Shown here piece after piece: positions 59,333 through 64,000 of a stretch of 64,000 nucleotides of DNA (positions are counted from its first letter, which is position 1; every line of letters begins with the position of its first letter). Origin of the DNA: Promethearchaeota archaeon. Lineage in GTDB: Archaea > Asgardarchaeota > Lokiarchaeia > Sigyniarchaeales > SOKP01. The stretch covers positions 1 through 64,000 of the forward strand of contig JAEOTP010000012.1 of the NCBI GenBank assembly GCA_016839765.1. The letters run 5' to 3'. The notes below the pieces were generated by a model. It had not been told where the DNA came from. It did not search any database and saw nothing but the letters and a program-made list of their open reading frames with translations. A program made the position numbers and the translations under genes.

Positions 59333-59674
59333 CTATTTTGCAAAATCTTCTAAAGCCTTAAATACATATTTTGTAAACATTAGTGAAGGACCACCACCTA
59401 AAGTTCCAGCAACCATACTTGCTTCGATTATTTCCTCTTTTGTGGCTCCTTGATCTAATGCATGTTTAACGTGCCATGCTACGCAAAATTTACATTGATA
59501 AGCAATTGAAAGCGCAATCCCTATTAACTCTTTCACTTTCGCGGATATAGCTCCATCAGCCTTGACAGCTCCGAAAAATTGTTGAAATCCTTTCATGGCA
59601 TCGGGATGTTCTTGTCCTAATCTCTGAAGACTAGCTTGGGCAGCTTTAAAATATTCATTCATATCATCATCCAT
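59333..59674 (-). CDS. Carboxymuconolactone decarboxylase / AhpD family protein
   Basis: KVKELIGIALS..QCKFCVAWH..GATKEEIIEA..GGGP; start placed at ATG 59674 after SD GGTGA. Confidence 0.88.
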   Translation of the reverse strand: MDDDMNEYFKAAQASLQRLGQEHPDAMKGFQQFFGAVKADGAISAKVKELIGIALSIAYQCKFCVAWHVKHALDQGATKEEIIEASMVAGTLGGGPSLMFTKYVFKALEDFAK

Positions 59675-59784
59675 TTTATTTTCACCAAATTTTCTATTTA
59701 TTAACATATACACGATTTGAGAAATAATAAAAATTCTCTTTATGAATTAAAAATCAAGATTATTAATCTAAAAAATTCAAAATA

Positions 59785-61155
59785 TTAGTTTTTAATAGGA
59801 TATTTTGCTTTTTTCCATGCTTTCATGCTCCCTAATACATTAAAAACATTGTTAAATCCATTTCTCTTTAAAATGCTTGTTGCCATGCTAGCTCGAGCCC
59901 CATTCCCGCAGATTGTTACTATTGGAATATCTTTAGGTAAATCTTCCAACTTTTTTTCAATTTCACCAACATAGATGTTTTTCGCTCCTTCAATATATCC
60001 CTCCTTCAGTTCAGGGGCACCCCGAACATCAATTAGAAAGGTTTTTACACCTTGATCTAGTCTTTCTTTTAACGTATCAGCAGTTATCATACCGATTGTG
60101 TCGATTGGAAGATGATTGCTATACCATGCAATTATTCCACCTACTAGATAACCCATAATATTATCATAGCCCAATCTGAGAAGATATTTATACGCTTTCT
60201 TTAGATCTGCGAAATTTTCCACAACAAGCAGTATTGGTTTATCATAAGGGAGAACCCAGCCCACATAGGACGGTAATCCTTTTAGCCATATATTATATGA
60301 ATCTTTAATATGTACTGAACCAAACGACGCTGGATTTCGGGTATCAACAATTATTCCTCCCTCTTCTATTTTACTTTTAAATTCTTCGGGGAGTAATGGT
60401 TTAAACCGTGGCAAGTTTTTTAATAATGGAGGTCCTTGTAAATTATATTTTTCCATTTGTTTAAAATAAGGTGCAAAATAATGTTTTTCATTTAATTTGA
60501 ATTCTACAAACTTTTGTTTATCCTCCAATTGTAATACTGGATTTTGCAAACGTTCTAAACCAATAGTACTTAATTCCCTTTCATTTATGGTAGCTCCACA
60601 AACAGACCCAGCTCCATGAGCTGGCAATATAACAGCTTGATCCCCTAAAGGCAAGATTTTGTTAAATAGACTGTTATAGAGATTTTCAGCATTCTTTTTT
60701 GATAAATCAGGACCATACATATCAACCCGTCCGGTATCGCCAACAAATAGAGCATCTCCCGTAAATACCATAATTGATTCGTCTCCTGTGGTTGTATCAA
60801 ATACAGCATAACTTGTACTTTCATCAGTATGACCAGGAGTGTGGATAGCTCTAATTTTTAAAACACCTAGTGCGAATTCCTGCCCATCTTTAAGGGTTTT
60901 TCCATACTTCCAATCCAAACTAGGTCCGTGATATATTTCTACATCAACTACATCCGCTATTTCTTTAGACCCAATGACATAATCTTCATTGCGGTGTGTT
61001 TCAAACACATACTTTATGTTTGCTTCAGCATCCCATGCTAACTTAAGAAAAATTTTTGCATCTCGTCTTGGATCTACTACACACGCCTTGTTTTCAGAAG
61101 CTAAAAAATATGATATAGATGCAATTCCCTCGCTTTTTACTTTACGTAAAATCAT
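59785..61155 (-). CDS. MBL-fold hydrolase with two rhodanese domains (persulfide dioxygenase/sulfurtransferase-like)
   Basis: ETHRNED, TPGHT, TGDALF, PAHGAGS; C-terminal rhodanese CGNGAR. Confidence 0.88.
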   Translation of the reverse strand: MILRKVKSEGIASISYFLASENKACVVDPRRDAKIFLKLAWDAEANIKYVFETHRNEDYVIGSKEIADVVDVEIYHGPSLDWKYGKTLKDGQEFALGVLKIRAIHTPGHTDESTSYAVFDTTTGDESIMVFTGDALFVGDTGRVDMYGPDLSKKNAENLYNSLFNKILPLGDQAVILPAHGAGSVCGATINERELSTIGLERLQNPVLQLEDKQKFVEFKLNEKHYFAPYFKQMEKYNLQGPPLLKNLPRFKPLLPEEFKSKIEEGGIIVDTRNPASFGSVHIKDSYNIWLKGLPSYVGWVLPYDKPILLVVENFADLKKAYKYLLRLGYDNIMGYLVGGIIAWYSNHLPIDTIGMITADTLKERLDQGVKTFLIDVRGAPELKEGYIEGAKNIYVGEIEKKLEDLPKDIPIVTICGNGARASMATSILKRNGFNNVFNVLGSMKAWKKAKYPIKN

Positions 61156-61300
61156 TATTATTCGCTCATCAGTATATCTTACAATTTACTTCTAATATTT
61201 CCTCATTCTATAATAATCTATTCTCTATAAACTAAAAGTTTAAGTATTAATAACAAACAATTATCTAATAAAATATTATCAAATTCTCAAATCAATAAAA

Positions 61301-61927
61301 ATGTTGGATGAATTAGCTTTTTTAATTTTTATTTTTTGTATTCTGACATATATCTGCGTCATATTATTTAGTTTTAAAAGGAAAAAACATACAAAGCTGA
61401 AGTTTTTAAATGAAATTTATAGCAATTGGGTAAAAAATCAAATTAAAGATGAAAATCAGTTAGTTGCTATTCAGACATTAAGAAATTTTATTATGGGAAA
61501 TTCTGCTTTTATTTCAGCCTTTTTTATCTTACTAGGACTTCTTGTGGGTTTTTATAGCAGTGGATTCTTCAATAATGAACCTTTTTGGGTTATCACAAAT
61601 TTTACTTTGGGACTTATGCAAATTAGTTTAAATATTGTAATTATTATGTTTTGTTTAATTAATTTTTCGCTCTCAATACGCTCAATAACGAGACTTTCAT
61701 TAATTATCACTGGAAATCCAGAAAAGTATTCTAAAGGTGCTTTTAATGGATTAGAGCTTGCTAACAAAACATTTATTGCTGCAAAAAATCATTGGATGGC
61801 TGGTGTGAGAGGTCTATTTTATTTAATAGCCAGTTTACTTTGGTTTATAAATTCATGGTTTTTTATCATTGGCACAATCTTAATCACATTTTATCTAATA
61901 GCTATACATGATGTTAAACTATTCTAA
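61301..61927 (+). CDS. DUF599 family membrane protein
   Basis: AIQTLRNFIMG..F.S, GVRGLFY. Confidence 0.82.
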   Translation: MLDELAFLIFIFCILTYICVILFSFKRKKHTKLKFLNEIYSNWVKNQIKDENQLVAIQTLRNFIMGNSAFISAFFILLGLLVGFYSSGFFNNEPFWVITNFTLGLMQISLNIVIIMFCLINFSLSIRSITRLSLIITGNPEKYSKGAFNGLELANKTFIAAKNHWMAGVRGLFYLIASLLWFINSWFFIIGTILITFYLIAIHDVKLF

Positions 61928-61980
61928 CTTTTAATTTTGATATTCAAAAATTTTAATTAATATTCTATTCTCTAATTATT

Positions 61981-63000
61981 ATGATCCCTTCCATTGAATG
62001 GACGAGTAATAAAGTAAAAATGATTGATCAAACTCAGCTTCCTCATAAACTTCAATTTTTAGAGTTTGATGATTTTAGGGATGTAGCTAAGGCTATTAAA
62101 GTTATGAATATAAGAGGTGCTCCTGTCATCGGTGTTGCTGCTGCAATGGGAGTCGCTTTAGCTACAATTGAATATAAAAACCTTCCAAAAGAAAAATTTT
62201 TAACCAAAATGGAAGAAGCTGCCAATATCATAAGAAGTACGAGACCTACCGCCTCCAATTTATTTTGGGCAGTAGATAGAGTCTGGAAAATAATCAGTAC
62301 TTATCCTGACGATCCAAAAAATTTATCTGAATTAGTAGTCGAAGAAGCTAAGATTATGGCTCAAGAAGACATTAATGTTAATAAAAATATAGGAAAAAAT
62401 GGTGCTACCTTATTAAAAGATGGAGATGTGGTACTTACGCACTGCAATGCAGGATCCTTAGCGACTGTTCAGTATGGCACTGCTTTAGCTCCTGTAAGAG
62501 CAGCTATTGAAGAAGGTAAAAAGATTAGAGTAATTGCGGATGAAACAAGACCCCGATTACAAGGAGCAAGACTAACTGCTTATGAACTCCAATATGATAA
62601 TATTCCTGTGAATGTTATTTCTGATACATCTTCAGGATTATTAATGAGCTTAGGAAAAATTAATAAAGTAATAGTGGGGACAGATAGAGTAACTTCAGAT
62701 GCTGTTTTTAATAAAATTGGCACATATTTAGTAGCTTTAGCCGCAAAGGATAATAACATTCCTTTTTATGTTGCAGCCCCTTCATCAACCCTCTCTCTTA
62801 ATGAAACTGTAAAAGATGTTACTATTGAGCAAAGAGATAGCAGTGAAGTCAGCAATATATTAGGGAAGGTCCAGATAATACCTAATGGTGTAGAATGTAT
62901 CAACTATGCATTTGATATTACCCCATTTAGACTTGTCTCTGCTATCATAACAGAAGACGGAATCTTTTCACCTAAGGAATTACTAGCAAAGTATAAGTAA
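61981..63000 (+). CDS. mtnA: S-methyl-5-thioribose-1-phosphate isomerase (eIF-2B alpha family)
   Basis: IRGAP, TRPTA, LTHCNAGSLAT, ETRPRLQGARLT, NKIGTY, FDITP. Confidence 0.93.
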   Translation: MIPSIEWTSNKVKMIDQTQLPHKLQFLEFDDFRDVAKAIKVMNIRGAPVIGVAAAMGVALATIEYKNLPKEKFLTKMEEAANIIRSTRPTASNLFWAVDRVWKIISTYPDDPKNLSELVVEEAKIMAQEDINVNKNIGKNGATLLKDGDVVLTHCNAGSLATVQYGTALAPVRAAIEEGKKIRVIADETRPRLQGARLTAYELQYDNIPVNVISDTSSGLLMSLGKINKVIVGTDRVTSDAVFNKIGTYLVALAAKDNNIPFYVAAPSSTLSLNETVKDVTIEQRDSSEVSNILGKVQIIPNGVECINYAFDITPFRLVSAIITEDGIFSPKELLAKYK

Positions 63001-63040
63001 TTTTTTAAATTTAAATTATCAAGTAAGATTAAGTTCTAAA

Positions 63041-63316
63041 ATGACAGCTGCGTATTTTTTTGAAAAATTTAAAACAACTAAAAAGAAGGTTCTTTTTAAG
63101 CTTTTTATATTTGCAGTTATTGAATTTATGTGTATAAACTTACATTATATTATTTCAGGAGCAACTGGAGGTCTTGATTGGACAGTAGAAAGATTATCTA
63201 CTACAATAGAGGGATTTGCTATTCAGGCTATAAATTTAGTAGGGATTATTACTGGATTTTTAATAGCAGTTTATATTATTTTGTTGCTACTCCTACTCGC
63301 TAAAGGATCTGATTGA
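63041..63316 (+). CDS. Small two-TM membrane protein
   Basis: 91 aa with two hydrophobic helices. Confidence 0.55.
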   Translation: MTAAYFFEKFKTTKKKVLFKLFIFAVIEFMCINLHYIISGATGGLDWTVERLSTTIEGFAIQAINLVGIITGFLIAVYIILLLLLLAKGSD

Positions 63317-63321
63317 TTAAA

Positions 63322-64000
63322 CTAATTATTATCATATATTTTTTGTAACATTTCTTTTAATTCTCTTAAGTTTTTTGCATTCGAAATTATTTTTCTTAGA
63401 AGTGTAGCATCTTCGATATTTTTTGTTAACCATATTGAATTTCTTTTAAGTTCGTTAAATTTATAGTCATCTATTGAATGAGAAATAATAAATACATTAT
63501 TGATAAATTCATCAATACAATCCTCATAGAGCTGTATATTTTTTTGCATCTTATATATATCATTTTTAAAAGGCATGTATCTTTCTTTTTTCAAAAAATA
63601 GTTAATTTGATTAAAAATTTCGGGATTCCCCATGGATCCTCTCCCTATCATTAATGCGTCTACATCTGTGTAATCTAGAAACATACTTGCTTTAGTTGGA
63701 CTATCTATATCCCCATTACCAATCACAGGAATATTTAATCTTTCTTTTATACTTTTTATAGTTTCTAAATCCAATTGAGATTTTTCAAATTTATTCTTTA
63801 CAGTTCGTCCATGTACTATTAAAAATTCAAGGGCAGAATTATTCACCACTCTTATTAATTTATTCAAATCAGTTATTTCTTTTACTCCTATTCTTATTTT
63901 CAGAGAAACGGGTCTAGAAGAGAATTTTAGAGCAATATTAATTAAATTAGCTAATTTGTCTAAATCTTCTAATAAAAAAGCTCCCTCTTTTGCTCTAATC
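63322..64000 (-). CDS. dusB: tRNA-dihydrouridine synthase (Dus family); 5' part lies beyond the window
   Basis: PVSLKIRIG upstream of the ORF-track start, VHGRT, PVIGNGDI, MIGRGSMGNP. Confidence 0.88.
   Translation of the reverse strand, partial: IRAKEGAFLLEDLDKLANLINIALKFSSRPVSLKIRIGVKEITDLNKLIRVVNNSALEFLIVHGRTVKNKFEKSQLDLETIKSIKERLNIPVIGNGDIDSPTKASMFLDYTDVDALMIGRGSMGNPEIFNQINYFLKKERYMPFKNDIYKMQKNIQLYEDCIDEFINNVFIISHSIDDYKFNELKRNSIWLTKNIEDATLLRKIISNAKNLRELKEMLQKIYDNN

Noticed and set aside
1198-62258. Many short ORF-track entries antisense to or nested in long genes (e.g. 1724..2101, 7945..8295, 25495..25827, 26721..27113, 41650..42024)
   Set aside because: They overlap well-supported genes and have no motifs or SD; treated as shadow ORFs.
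1-64000. Genome-wide UGA reassignment
   Set aside because: TGA ends several clearly complete genes (for example rps10 and the methyltransferase).

Overview
Very AT-rich archaeal DNA, most consistent with an Asgard archaeon of the Lokiarchaeia type. Support: archaeal uS10, SRP RNA and CDC48, GGTGA-type Shine-Dalgarno (SD) motifs, a longin-like protein, a RING finger, a Bud23-like methyltransferase and an HdrA with in-frame UGA codons. Positions 0-17 kb form a redox island. One operon encodes a winged-HTH-HdrA-MvhD fusion plus an MvhG/MvhA-like [NiFe]-hydrogenase lacking a C-terminal extension. A divergent operon encodes two paralogous unknowns, an MtdA/B-like dehydrogenase, NfnA, an FrhB-NfnB fusion and CDC48. 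A stand-alone FrhB follows, then a full-length HdrA with two in-frame TGA codons at Cys positions (probable selenocysteines; the ORF track splits this gene). Positions 17-28 kb hold three glutamate dehydrogenases with a histidine kinase, a receiver, a receiver-Lrp fusion and a second Lrp. Phased triplet operator sites precede gdh1 and the second lrp gene. The remainder is mixed housekeeping and accessory genes. It also holds a tandem-HNH protein with Pro/Lys repeats, an internally deleted IS607 remnant, an orphan long hairpin RNA candidate, a candidate small CxxU selenoprotein and several deletion or frameshift relics. All family assignments come from motif recognition by eye; no database searches were run.
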